From: Giardia intestinalis
Taxonomy: Eukaryota
Assembly (NCBI GenBank): GCA_000002435.2
Contig: CM018793.1
Direction: 5' to 3' (one strand)
DNA length: 64,000 bases
Below are positions 1 through 10,143 of the stretch, one piece after another. A program made the translations under genes and the position numbers. Under the pieces are notes generated by a model that did not search any database, was not told the origin of the DNA, and was given only the letters and a program-made list of their open reading frames with translations. Positions within the stretch are counted from its first letter, which is position 1; every line of letters starts with the position of its first letter.

Positions 1-1414
1 GGGCGCCCTCAACAGCAGCCCCGGTCCTGCACAGTCTCGATCAGGGGAACGTGCCCCTCGCTCTAAGGAGCTACACGAGACCTTCCTCTGGCCACAGCAC
101 ACATGGACTCAGTCCCGTGCAGTGTTCCTCAGGGACCCTCTAGGTATGCTCCTATGCTGCGCTGGACGGAACGCGCTCACTAAGCAGCTGAAGGAGGTGC
201 CCCCTCAGTGCCTGCGCCGACGACGTACTGATCCTGCGCGACGACAACAACGAGGCAATGAGGTTGGCAAACCCACGGACTGACGATCAACACAGACAAC
301 TTAAGAGCACCGAGGGGGTAGGAGGGCTCCTTCCTGGGTGTCCGGTCTCGAGGAGCGGCTACCCACGGCCTCCAAGGAGATAGAGAGGGTAACGAAAAGG
401 TTGCAACTGTGTCAATCGCCCACCACCCAAGCCAAGCTGATCTGGATAGACTCACCACGCGACCCCTACGGATCCCTCGGAGGGCAGGCCTGCCCTCTGG
501 ACGCCCGGCTCGAGCAACAGCGGACCGAGCTCCTGGCTACGCAGGACAGCGGCAGTCGGGAGTCCACCACAAGCAGCTGCGCGGTGCTTGACACCTCGAC
601 GTGAGACGTGGCACATGGGCAGGCTGCCAGCGGGACAGCCTCGTGGTGAGCAACGCATCGTACACGAAACGTGCCCTGGTCGCTCCGATGCTTCAGATAA
701 CGCCTCTCGGAGAGCTGTGACCGGGCCAGCCTCTCCGGCTGAACGACTCATGGCTCCACGTACACTCTGCGGTACGGATGGGTGCAGACCACACCAGCCG
801 AGCCGGCACACTGCACAGGGTGTGGACCTGCGAGTGTGTACTGGCTGCTGACCACCTGGCACCACAGGTGCACTGCGGTTCATGAGCAGAAGGGCGAGCC
901 GGGCGTCTCCTCCGCGCCAACCAGGGGTCGACATGAGGGTCCACGGGCACACGCTATAATCCAGGAGGACGCATGGCGAACGCACCCCGACGGTAGGATC
1001 GATGGTCCACTCCATGAGGAGGCGAGAAGGAACCCGAGTCGGCATTCCGAGGCCATGACACATGCGATCTTCGTCGTGGAGCACTACACCCTCAAGGCCA
1101 GACCGCCACGACTTGCGACAGGGCCCTGGGGCAGCGGTACCCACCAGGCGCCAGGCAGCAGCCGGCCCCATGGAGGTTGAGCAAAGGAAGGGAGAAGTCC
1201 ATCGAAGGCGCTGTGGAAAACTAGCAACAGCACGAAAGGGAGCCAAACAACATTAAACCTCTTCTTTTCCCATCAGAGCTGGACGGAGTCTGAATTTCGA
1301 ATGTCGGATTTTGGATGGTAAACAAGGAAGGACCTATCTGATGAGGTGGCGGATCGCGCGATGGACTTACTCGGACAGCGGCTAGCAAACCAGCCTCGGT
1401 GAAACAGAGAGTAA
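1..1414. repeat. Left arm of a long perfect inverted repeat (>=1414 bp, truncated by window start); exact reverse complement of 3463..4876
   Basis: Seen directly: position x pairs with 4877-x (checked at 1-80, 601-660 and 1401-1414). All six-frame ORFs in 180..1455 have identical mirror ORFs in 3395..4697 (264, 132, 87, 85, 88, 92, 60 aa). GC-rich (~60%). Confidence 0.9.
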
Positions 1415-1750
1415 CTCTTGGAACTATCTACAATATGGGATACATGTACTGACACGGCAATCCACTTGATAGGGACGAATCCATAGGCAGTTACGGCCCA
1501 GAATAGGGTAAACTACAAGTGGATACCGTTGTTTCGTAAAGGAAAGTTTACCTAACTCCTTGGATTTTATTAACTGCTCTATCTTACACAAGTTGCGCAG
1601 GAGTCCCAGTCAGCTACAGCGTTATATAATCTACCGTGTGCTTGGAGCCAGAATTCGAAGCCATATATACACTAAGCACTGTGTGCTACAAACTAATTAT
1701 ACAGAGTAAGAAGGGTACAACCACCCAGCGGAGCATATACTCTGACTACG

Positions 1751-3370
1751 GTGAGCTATAAACAAGATAATGTGAATTATAAAATATTTACCGTCACACA
1801 CATTCCGTTTACAGCAATTAAAACAAAAATGTCTTTAGCCAAACTCGATGATGGGCGTAGCAGTCTTGAAGCTGGTGGTAGGTCGAGCGTAGAAGCCCGT
1901 CTCTTAGATGGAGAGGCTGACCTTGCATGGGCTATCGTGAATGGGCACAAAGAGATAATGAGGGTACTTTCAAAGTACGTTGGCTGGACTGACCTCATTT
2001 GTGCCGCTGCTCTTGGGAGCGTGAACAGGGTCATGGAGCACCTTGATGAGTGTGAAGAAAGGGACGTCAATGGTAGGACAGCCCTTATGTGGGCTGCTAT
2101 GAACGGGCATAAAGAGGTAGTGGAGATGTTAGTGGAGTATGGAAAGAAGATGGTTGATGACCAGGGTCATACTGCTCTGTACTACGCTCTCAAGGGTGGG
2201 TCTCTTGAGATTGCCAAAATACTTATACCTCACGAAAACCCAACCGATGAGAACGGCATCACGGCGCTCATGCGGGCTGCTACCGATAGAGACGCCGAAA
2301 TGGTGGAATTGCTTATACCACTCCAGAAGGGAATGAAGGATAAGGACGACAACACAGCGTTCGTGCATGCCCTCAAAAACAAACATACGGACATCGCTCT
2401 GCTTCTCCGCGGACATGAATCCCCCTCGTGGACTCCCTTGATGTGTGCTGCTTTCATCGGTGATGTCAAAGTAGCCAGAAGATATTTATCTAGCAAAGAT
2501 GAGAAGAATAATGATGGTAACACTGCGTTAGTACTTGCTGCGAGGGCAGGACATAGAGATATCGTAGAGCTTATTGATCCTATTGATGAGAACGGCATCA
2601 CGGCGCTCATGCGAGCTGTTGGTAGAAATGACGTGGAGGCTGTAAAAGCACTCTTACCCATCCAGAGGGGAAGAAAAACATACAAAGAGGTCACAATAAG
2701 CGGATGGTACATGCGCAAAGGAACAGCTCTGATGATGGCTGCGGCACATGGATACGCAGAAATAGTAGAACTGCTAGCAGAGCACGAAAAGGGAGAGAAA
2801 GTAGGCGGTTGGACCGCTCTCATATTCGCGGCACGGTGCAATCGTTCCAATGACCCCCTGGTGGACTATTCTAAGTGCGTTGAGCTCCTGGTAAAGCACG
2901 AGGGCGACATTTCAGGGTGGACGGATCTCATATATGCCGCTTACCGTGGCGATATTGACGCAGTCAGAAACAACCTTCATATGAAGGGAAGCCAGGATGC
3001 TGGTGGGTGGACAGCGCTTATGTATGCAGCAGCACGAGGGCACGAAGCGATTGTAGAGCTGCTCAAGCAAGAAACTCGTATGAAGAATAACGATCATCAG
3101 ACTGCCCTCATGTGGGCAGCACGCAATGATCATCCAGAGTGCGTCAGGCTCCTAATGAAGGACGAAGGCGGCATGCAAACGACCAAGGGCTGGACCGCCC
3201 TTATGAACGCAGCATATAGCAACACCGTGGAGTGTGCAAGGCTTCTTAAGGAAACCGAGAAAGATCTGAAGACAACCTGCAGCTGCCATGGTCACTCGCC
3301 TGGTACCACTGCTCTCGACATCGCTAAGAAGAAGGATCACAAAGAGATAGTAGACATCCTTTCAAGCTGA
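1751..3370 (+). CDS. Ankyrin-repeat protein, Giardia Protein 21.1 family (539 aa; real start may be the Met at 1829, MSLAKLDDG)
   Basis: Long ORF with about 12 ankyrin repeats and the recurrent G(W/R/H)TALM(W/R)AA signature typical of Giardia 21.1 proteins. Sits in the 2048-bp spacer between the inverted-repeat arms. Confidence 0.85.
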   Translation: MSYKQDNVNYKIFTVTHIPFTAIKTKMSLAKLDDGRSSLEAGGRSSVEARLLDGEADLAWAIVNGHKEIMRVLSKYVGWTDLICAAALGSVNRVMEHLDECEERDVNGRTALMWAAMNGHKEVVEMLVEYGKKMVDDQGHTALYYALKGGSLEIAKILIPHENPTDENGITALMRAATDRDAEMVELLIPLQKGMKDKDDNTAFVHALKNKHTDIALLLRGHESPSWTPLMCAAFIGDVKVARRYLSSKDEKNNDGNTALVLAARAGHRDIVELIDPIDENGITALMRAVGRNDVEAVKALLPIQRGRKTYKEVTISGWYMRKGTALMMAAAHGYAEIVELLAEHEKGEKVGGWTALIFAARCNRSNDPLVDYSKCVELLVKHEGDISGWTDLIYAAYRGDIDAVRNNLHMKGSQDAGGWTALMYAAARGHEAIVELLKQETRMKNNDHQTALMWAARNDHPECVRLLMKDEGGMQTTKGWTALMNAAYSNTVECARLLKETEKDLKTTCSCHGHSPGTTALDIAKKKDHKEIVDILSS

Positions 3371-3376
3371 TCCCAG

Positions 3377-3383
3377 AGTGAAT
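3377..3383 (+). promoter_or_regulatory. Putative Giardia poly(A) signal AGTGAAT (AGTRAAY) 7 nt after the ankyrin gene stop
   Basis: Matches the Giardia AGTRAAY consensus at the expected distance after the TGA at 3368..3370. Confidence 0.4.
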
Positions 3384-3462
3384 GACAGACCCTTTTGCTG
3401 CACTCCACGCTAGTTATGGATCGTACATTATCTCTCTTGATGTCTAGTGGTACTCTACGCGT

Positions 3463-4876
3463 TTACTCTCTGTTTCACCGAGGCTGGTTTGCTAGCCGCT
3501 GTCCGAGTAAGTCCATCGCGCGATCCGCCACCTCATCAGATAGGTCCTTCCTTGTTTACCATCCAAAATCCGACATTCGAAATTCAGACTCCGTCCAGCT
3601 CTGATGGGAAAAGAAGAGGTTTAATGTTGTTTGGCTCCCTTTCGTGCTGTTGCTAGTTTTCCACAGCGCCTTCGATGGACTTCTCCCTTCCTTTGCTCAA
3701 CCTCCATGGGGCCGGCTGCTGCCTGGCGCCTGGTGGGTACCGCTGCCCCAGGGCCCTGTCGCAAGTCGTGGCGGTCTGGCCTTGAGGGTGTAGTGCTCCA
3801 CGACGAAGATCGCATGTGTCATGGCCTCGGAATGCCGACTCGGGTTCCTTCTCGCCTCCTCATGGAGTGGACCATCGATCCTACCGTCGGGGTGCGTTCG
3901 CCATGCGTCCTCCTGGATTATAGCGTGTGCCCGTGGACCCTCATGTCGACCCCTGGTTGGCGCGGAGGAGACGCCCGGCTCGCCCTTCTGCTCATGAACC
4001 GCAGTGCACCTGTGGTGCCAGGTGGTCAGCAGCCAGTACACACTCGCAGGTCCACACCCTGTGCAGTGTGCCGGCTCGGCTGGTGTGGTCTGCACCCATC
4101 CGTACCGCAGAGTGTACGTGGAGCCATGAGTCGTTCAGCCGGAGAGGCTGGCCCGGTCACAGCTCTCCGAGAGGCGTTATCTGAAGCATCGGAGCGACCA
4201 GGGCACGTTTCGTGTACGATGCGTTGCTCACCACGAGGCTGTCCCGCTGGCAGCCTGCCCATGTGCCACGTCTCACGTCGAGGTGTCAAGCACCGCGCAG
4301 CTGCTTGTGGTGGACTCCCGACTGCCGCTGTCCTGCGTAGCCAGGAGCTCGGTCCGCTGTTGCTCGAGCCGGGCGTCCAGAGGGCAGGCCTGCCCTCCGA
4401 GGGATCCGTAGGGGTCGCGTGGTGAGTCTATCCAGATCAGCTTGGCTTGGGTGGTGGGCGATTGACACAGTTGCAACCTTTTCGTTACCCTCTCTATCTC
4501 CTTGGAGGCCGTGGGTAGCCGCTCCTCGAGACCGGACACCCAGGAAGGAGCCCTCCTACCCCCTCGGTGCTCTTAAGTTGTCTGTGTTGATCGTCAGTCC
4601 GTGGGTTTGCCAACCTCATTGCCTCGTTGTTGTCGTCGCGCAGGATCAGTACGTCGTCGGCGCAGGCACTGAGGGGGCACCTCCTTCAGCTGCTTAGTGA
4701 GCGCGTTCCGTCCAGCGCAGCATAGGAGCATACCTAGAGGGTCCCTGAGGAACACTGCACGGGACTGAGTCCATGTGTGCTGTGGCCAGAGGAAGGTCTC
4801 GTGTAGCTCCTTAGAGCGAGGGGCACGTTCCCCTGATCGAGACTGTGCAGGACCGGGGCTGCTGTTGAGGGCGCCC
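3463..4876. repeat. Right arm of the long perfect inverted repeat (reverse complement of 1..1414; may extend past 4876 because the left arm is cut by the window edge)
   Basis: Seen directly; the inner boundary is at 1414/3463, where the complementarity ends. Confidence 0.9.
3485..3518 (-). repeat. Conserved 34-nt junction element (CGATGGACTTACTCGGACAGCGGCTAGCAAACCA), inverted-repeat copies at 1359..1392 (+) and 3485..3518 (-); third diverged copy at 12313..12346
   Basis: Direct comparison: 12313..12346 reads CGATGGACTTACTCAGACTGCGGCCAGCAAACCA, i.e. 31/34 identical to the inverted-repeat copy. In both loci the element lies 55-115 nt downstream of a 21.1 ankyrin gene stop, in the same orientation relative to that gene. 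Confidence 0.6.
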
Positions 4877-6588
4877 TGTAATCGAGCGAGACCGCCTGGC
4901 TTCCTCAGTCTCGTGTGCGCATACGAGCGCATACTATATGTGCATGCAGGCCCCAGTGTCCAGTGCCTGAGACTTCAGATGGCCCGGCAGTATCTGTGAA
5001 GAGCCGTCGTGGTCGCTCCACAGGTTATGCTTGCCTCGTTCTTGGGGATGAGGACCTCCAGTACGCAGATCTAGGCGAGGTCCAGGAGACCTCGAGAACC
5101 CATGGACGGACCCCCGGGTCATCTCGTCGTCAGTTACCTTGGGAGAGATGCCCGTGCTCTCCGCTGGCTGCAGAACAGGGGGCTCGTGTCCCTCCAGGGT
5201 GCAGCCCGTACGCTACCCTGATCCCCTCTGAGGAGTCCGGGTCGAGGGGGCCCGTGGGAGAGGAGCCCCATGGGGCGGCAGCTACTCTTCGCCGGGGGTC
5301 CTTCATGCGCTCGGTGGCCTATTCTTGTTCGGAACCTTCTGGTGGGTGTTGCTCATGTAGCGGTCCACAGTGTGACGAGGTGCATCTCCTCTGCCATCTC
5401 CATCCTTTCGCGCAGTAGCACCTTGCACTTGCTGTCTGTGCCGCAGTACATTTGGACAGCTCTGGCTCCAGTGAGTTTTGTGCAGAGCGGGCAGATGCTC
5501 GTCCTGCTCATGCTTGAGTGACTGTCATCTGGTGCCGCTCAACATGGGGTGTTCTGCTTCGGCTAGATGCTTCCTGGGCGCCGTCCTAGGTTGACGCATT
5601 TAGATCAGCGAACAGGTAGGATTCCCTCGATCTGATGTCAGCCAGCGTGCTCAGAAACGCACCCAATCTCTCAGCTAAGACGTGCATCAGCTCTACACCC
5701 TTTATCAGGTGCTCATGTGTGCACATGAGGTCTCTGCTCTTGTTATGGCGTCGAGACATCTTCTTTGTGAGAGCTGCAGCATCCACAGTGTATCGGTACG
5801 AGTCGTGATCTATGCATCCCTTGGATTTGTGACTGAACCCGGGACAGCTGGTGATAGAGAGTTCCGTTTTTTCTGGGAGCACAAGACACAGAGAGAACGG
5901 ATCTGTTTCCTGCTGCATGGTAGAGGCCACCCAGTTCTATCATGCCCTGGTTATGGTAATGGCGTTCTGGTTTTCATCTTTGCTAATCCTAATCAGATGT
6001 GACTCTGGCGACGAGAACTAAGAGCTGTATCTGAAGACTTCCAAGGAGCTTGAAGGTGCTCCGGTCTAGCGTCGTCTTTACTGGAGGGGATAACAGGCAA
6101 CAGTGGTGGCCCATGTGGAACGCCTGCACTTGGACACCAGGGTTTGGTGTAGTATGATCTGAAATACTAGCCGATCACAAAGGCATGGAAGGGCAACAGG
6201 GGGCCTTCGACTGGGGCATTGCTTGACGAATGAGGCTGCGTAGAGAGGGCCCGAGGCGGGAGAGACGCTTCCAAATGTATCGCTCGAGCTCCTTACCCGT
6301 GGAAAAGCTCTTCAAACGGGAGATGCAGGGATGCCGCTCACAGCCTTTGGCGCCGTGGACAACGTAACGGAGACAAGTCGGGAGGTTCCTAGAGGCGTAG
6401 TCCCGTCGACGAAGTGGCGCGTTCGTGAGCCGTTTCTGTATTCTTTAAGCGACTCAGTTAGGGAGAGTTTTACTGATAACGTCAGCCATCTTGGGGCCCG
6501 TCACTGCAGCATGCTCTCTTCAGCAGGGAGTTTCACTGAGGCGGTGGGTGTGAGGGCCCCTCCTTTCATGCCTGTGGTACCGCTCATC

Positions 6589-8115
6589 CTACAAAGGCGC
6601 AGAGGGTCGGGTGCTGGGGTGCCCGCCTTCTTCCGTTTTCGCCAGAGATACGCGGCACCGAAGCATTGAAACTGAGTGAGAGAGGCCGTCCAGCGCGGCG
6701 GTTCGCATGAGGAATTTATTCTGACAGCATTGAAATTCTTCTACAGGGGAGACCTCCTCCACTTCCACAGGATGCCCGTGGAGAGCGGCGCAGACGGCCC
6801 CCGCTCTGTCGGCACGTGCGAGCTGGCCCCTTCGACACACACGTTCTGCGCCCTGTACGAGACAGAGGGGGCCTTGCGGTGCGTCTTCACGGCCGTGGAC
6901 AGGGTGCGCCTGTTCCTCTGCATGGCGAGCACGCAGGTGAGTTCCGGCCGTCGTGCTGGGGTCGGGGGGAAGTCGCAGAGGGACCAGGAGGGGAAGCCTC
7001 GAACGGGTTAGCACCGCATAGGACTTCCTTCCATTGCCTAAAACACGCAAGGGTGCACGCGTCCACCCACTGAGCAGGCAGATGAGGCGATGACTGATGG
7101 CAGGGTGGCCAAGACTCACTTCTGCCCTCGGCCGAGCGACACATGAAATGAAGAGCGTTTGCATCTTAAACAGATAGATATTGTGTTTTTGCGAGGCGTC
7201 TTGTCTGGGCGGTTTTGGGTTGGAGGGGCTAGAGTTATTATTTGTGCGAGGGTTGTCATGCTCTAGTGGAAGAAAGAATACAACTCGAGATATGATTGAT
7301 TCTAGAAGAGTCAACCCCAGTGAATACACATCTCCCAAAGCATCAAGAGACGTGGGTGTTACACTTTCTTGTCGGTCAAAGAGGGAACCATTAGTAGAGA
7401 GGAAATCATAGCATCTGAGCGTCGATTCAGGCGCCCTGTACACGAGGGTGCACGTTGTTCCCGTTGAAATGGGGGAGTAGTGATCGGCGGAAAGAACCTC
7501 AGGCTCAGCGTAGTTAGCAGAAGCACTTGGAGAGGAATAAACACAATACTTAGCCATCCCCAGGTCTGCAAGAAAAGCAGAGCCGTTGCCATCCAGAAGA
7601 ATGTTCGACGGCTTGACGTCTCTGTGTGCGATCCCCAGTCTGTGAAGGTTCCGAAGACAAGTAACCACAGAGTGCCAGAAGAACACCATCTGGGACAGTG
7701 TAAAGCTGCTTACTAAGTTGTACGTTCGGAACCTTTCACAGTCGTGTGGATAGAGCGGAGTGACAAGGCAGATTAGCGAAGAGCAGTTCTCGAAATGCTT
7801 CGCAAAGGGTAAGTCTTTCGTTGTATCATCGAGTCGTAATTTGAAGCTCGAGATAAGATCGATTGCAGGATTCTTAAAAGGCTGGCCGCCAGCCGTAACC
7901 TGAGCCAGGTATGCGAGTAAGGTCACTTCACGCAGCACCAGATGGTTGAAAACGCCTGAAATGCCGACAGCCTTGAGAGCAACAGGTTTGCCCGTCTCCT
8001 TATCTATCCCCTTGTAGATCGTGCCGTACGCGCCTGCTCCGAGGTACCCTGTGGGTGACCAGTCGATCGCATACCGCTCGAGGGAAGAGGGGATGGTCGG
8101 CTGTGGCTCGGTCAT
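6589..8115 (-). CDS. Ser/Thr protein kinase, NEK-like, probably a fragment or pseudogene (kinase subdomains I-IX present; C-terminal about 560 nt of the ORF looks non-coding)
   Basis: GAGAYGT glycine loop, VALK, HRDVKPSNILL, DLG, APE and DVYSLG are present, but subdomain XI is missing and the remaining ORF (6589..7150) is Arg/Pro/Ala-rich GC-rich read-through. The listed ORF start at 8217 reads through the tRNA; the start is taken as the internal Met at 8113..8115 (MTEPQPTIP). Confidence 0.5.
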   Translation of the reverse strand: MTEPQPTIPSSLERYAIDWSPTGYLGAGAYGTIYKGIDKETGKPVALKAVGISGVFNHLVLREVTLLAYLAQVTAGGQPFKNPAIDLISSFKLRLDDTTKDLPFAKHFENCSSLICLVTPLYPHDCERFRTYNLVSSFTLSQMVFFWHSVVTCLRNLHRLGIAHRDVKPSNILLDGNGSAFLADLGMAKYCVYSSPSASANYAEPEVLSADHYSPISTGTTCTLVYRAPESTLRCYDFLSTNGSLFDRQESVTPTSLDALGDVYSLGLTLLESIISRVVFFLPLEHDNPRTNNNSSPSNPKPPRQDASQKHNIYLFKMQTLFISCVARPRAEVSLGHPAISHRLICLLSGWTRAPLRVLGNGRKSYAVLTRSRLPLLVPLRLPPDPSTTAGTHLRARHAEEQAHPVHGREDAPQGPLCLVQGAERVCRRGQLARADRAGAVCAALHGHPVEVEEVSPVEEFQCCQNKFLMRTAALDGLSHSVSMLRCRVSLAKTEEGGHPSTRPSAPL

Positions 8116-8130
8116 CAAAACAAGGGAAAG

Positions 8131-8203
8131 TGCCGGGGCCGGGAATCGAACCCGGACCGATCGGACGACAACCGAGCGCGCTAGACCGTTACGCCACCCC
8201 AGC
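8131..8203 (-). tRNA. tRNA-Asp (anticodon GTC), 73 nt
   Basis: The minus-strand sequence GCTGGGGTGGCGTAACGGTCTAGCGCGCTCGGTTGTCGTCCGATCGGTCCGGGTTCGATTCCCGGCCCCGGCA folds into a cloverleaf by hand: 7-bp acceptor stem (one G-U pair), D-stem GCGT/GCGC, anticodon loop TTGTCGT (U33, GTC at 34-36), T-loop TTCGATT, T-stem CCGGG/CCCGG, discriminator A. Confidence 0.85.
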
Positions 8204-8214
8204 CAGGGAGGAAA

Positions 8215-9250
8215 CAAATTAAAGATTATATAAAATATTTGGTTTAATAGAAATTATTTGTAATAGAGTATTTGTAATTTTATTGGTTTATCCTAACTTT
8301 TTCTGACAATCGTTCACTCCCTAAAATAGACACCTTTTAGGCACTAGCATCGTAAACGGTGCAGGACATAAGATCTAACATGCGTTGAAAGTTTCATCAC
8401 ACTAAATCTTCATAACCAACAAACTGGACAAAGTTCTTTTTGGAACTATTTAACTATCTGTCCAGTGCCTTAAAAAGATTTACTCTTCATTGCTATTGCC
8501 AAATTCAGGGTAATTCTAGCATTATACTCTGTACAACTCGGTCTCTTGCCAGATAAACATATTTACTATCGGCAATAACTTTGCTAGGTTACATGTAATA
8601 TAGCGAATGTTTATCGTACAATAATTGAAATTAGGCCTGTTGTCCACAAAAGTAATTTATTCTTAAAGTTACTCATTCTCTTCTAATGGAGTACTGTGCA
8701 CACAGTTCCTCTCTACTTATAAAAAGTTGACATTTGGATGCAACAACATCTTAACCAGCCTTGTAGAAAGAATCTCTATGTATGAAGCACTTCTAAGAAA
8801 TGTATTATAGTAACAACTTAAATAACATCAGACCTGTTTTAGTGTTTACCGTTGTGTTAGTCAATATTTTTATAACCATAAACAATTCTAGAGCAATTCT
8901 CCACGACAATATACCGCAGACTTCATAAGTGGTAACTATAAATTTATTCTACAATGGCACTACTACGGTTTTAAAGAAAATTGCTTCCTCATGAAACTTA
9001 CTGACTGGTTAGAAACAAAACTATTTATCATTAATTGATAATCATTAGAACTCCAGGCAGTATCTTTCAAATAACTCCCCGTTGCTTCTAATATATAGTG
9101 AGGGAATATTTACCACTTGTAAGATTATTTGAAAAGTTCATTAAATAGCACTTCCAATATCAGCATCTCTTACATTGAATAAATTTAGATGTTATTTGAA
9201 CAGAAAATTATCTTTAAACTTACTATTAATAGTCATCATATAGTGCTAAA
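8215..9250. other. About 1 kb strongly AT-rich, ORF-free island (roughly 28-30% GC against a ~50% GC background)
   Basis: Seen directly: no ORF of 60 aa or more in any frame and no tandem periodicity visible by eye. Sharp transitions to GC-rich DNA at ~8215 (tRNA side) and ~9250-9290 (retroelement side). Confidence 0.7.
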
Positions 9251-9646
9251 AGCAATGGAGACAAGGATATCTGATAGAGGAGCGTCATGTATGAGTTTCT
9301 ATATGTGGTGCCGCTGAGGCTTGTCGCGGTGCGGTCCAGAAATCTCACGGGCAAGCCTCGCTCAGTCCCTGACCAGCTCGGAGACGAAGGTTGGCTGCGG
9401 GCGTGCACATCGATCTTTTCGAGGTTTTCTTACGGGCTCGCTGGTCTACTAGGGTGCCTCTCCCTGTTCTCCCTTCACGATTGGCGAAGCTCTGGTCTTT
9501 GTTGTCATTCTCAATACTGTCCATGTAGATCAGCAGCAGCTAACGGGGCCCTCTCCACTGGCTGGGATTCCACTCGGTTGTGTGTCCAGTCTTGCGCCCC
9601 CTTTCGGTCGTTGTCGACAGGTCCCAGGGATGGATTCATTCGGTTG

Positions 9647-10143
9647 TCAGAAGTAGGATGACAGGAGGCGGTCGCTCTGGGTGGCCAGGCTTTCGGCCCG
9701 GTCGCGTCTGATCAGCTTCGTCAGGTGCTCGTTCGCCTCTGCAGCCATGTGGGCGATGGCGAAGGCAGCCCGGACAGAGAGCTTCTCGACGTCCACGTGG
9801 AGCTCCTCGAGGTGCCTCTTGGACCTGGGGTGGAGGGATCCGTCCGTCTCATAGATGATCGGGAGCGTCCCGTCCCTGTACTTCTTGGCCTTCTCGCTGT
9901 GGTATCCATCTGGCGGGGCTGGATGACACCCACGTCCACTGCCTTGCACTTGTCGACGAGCCAGATGTCGGGCTTCTGGTTCTGGTCGCTGAGGTGGCTG
10001 TGGGTCTTGACTTCCAGCTCCGGTTGAGCTTCCCCGAGACGCGGAGGTACAGGTACGCGACGATCATGTTGTGCCTCGTGGTCGAGGGTCTGCCGTGTGG
10101 CAGCCCGGGCAGGTGCCTCTTGTCTGCGCCATGATCGAGCCAT
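9647..10143 (-). pseudogene. Restriction-enzyme-like (R2/GENIE-type) endonuclease domain remnant of the retrotransposon
   Basis: A PD-(x11)-D-V ... K-K-Y pattern is split between two frames (9721..10143 and 9647..9949). Confidence 0.5.

Noticed and set aside
1318-1345. C/D-box snoRNA interpretation of the conserved element (a TGATGAG C-box-like heptamer upstream of the 34-mer in two copies)
   Set aside because: - No CUGA D box lies at the expected distance.
- The spacing of the heptamer differs between copies (20 vs 37 nt).
- It is kept only as a weak possibility inside the finding.
2129-3340. Antisense and alternative-frame ORFs inside ankyrin genes (for example 2230..2850, 2912..3133 and 25097..25461), and inside GPI and other genes (51693..52529, 52618..53148, 53073..53555)
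   Set aside because: - They are embedded in longer ORFs with clear homology on the other strand or frame.
- They are Ser/Ala-rich mirror translations of ankyrin codons.
180-4697. Long ORFs inside the inverted-repeat arms (for example the 264-aa ORF at 452..1246 mirrored at 3631..4425, and the 132-aa ORF at 782..1180)
   Set aside because: - They are Arg/Pro/Ala/Gly-rich and open on both strands simultaneously.
- They have no recognisable domain.
- That pattern is typical of spurious ORFs in GC-rich non-coding DNA.
- Their duplication is explained by the inverted repeat itself.
1-4876. Possibility that the GC-rich inverted-repeat arms are rDNA or telomere-associated sequence
   Set aside because: - No TAGGG telomeric repeats are present.
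- GC is about 60%, not the ~75% of Giardia rDNA.
- None of the SSU or LSU landmarks I remember (for example the CATCCGGTCGATCCTGCC 5' end) are present.
4877-6588. ORFs 4915..5418, 5586..5930, 5682..6002 and 6331..6669 as genes
   Set aside because: - They are short, overlap one another on opposite strands, and have no motifs.
- Their composition is junk-like.
- The region is left as unannotated GC-rich DNA.
8113-8217. N-terminal 35 codons of the 542-aa kinase ORF
   Set aside because: They are the antisense read-through of the tRNA-Asp gene, so the start was moved to the internal Met.
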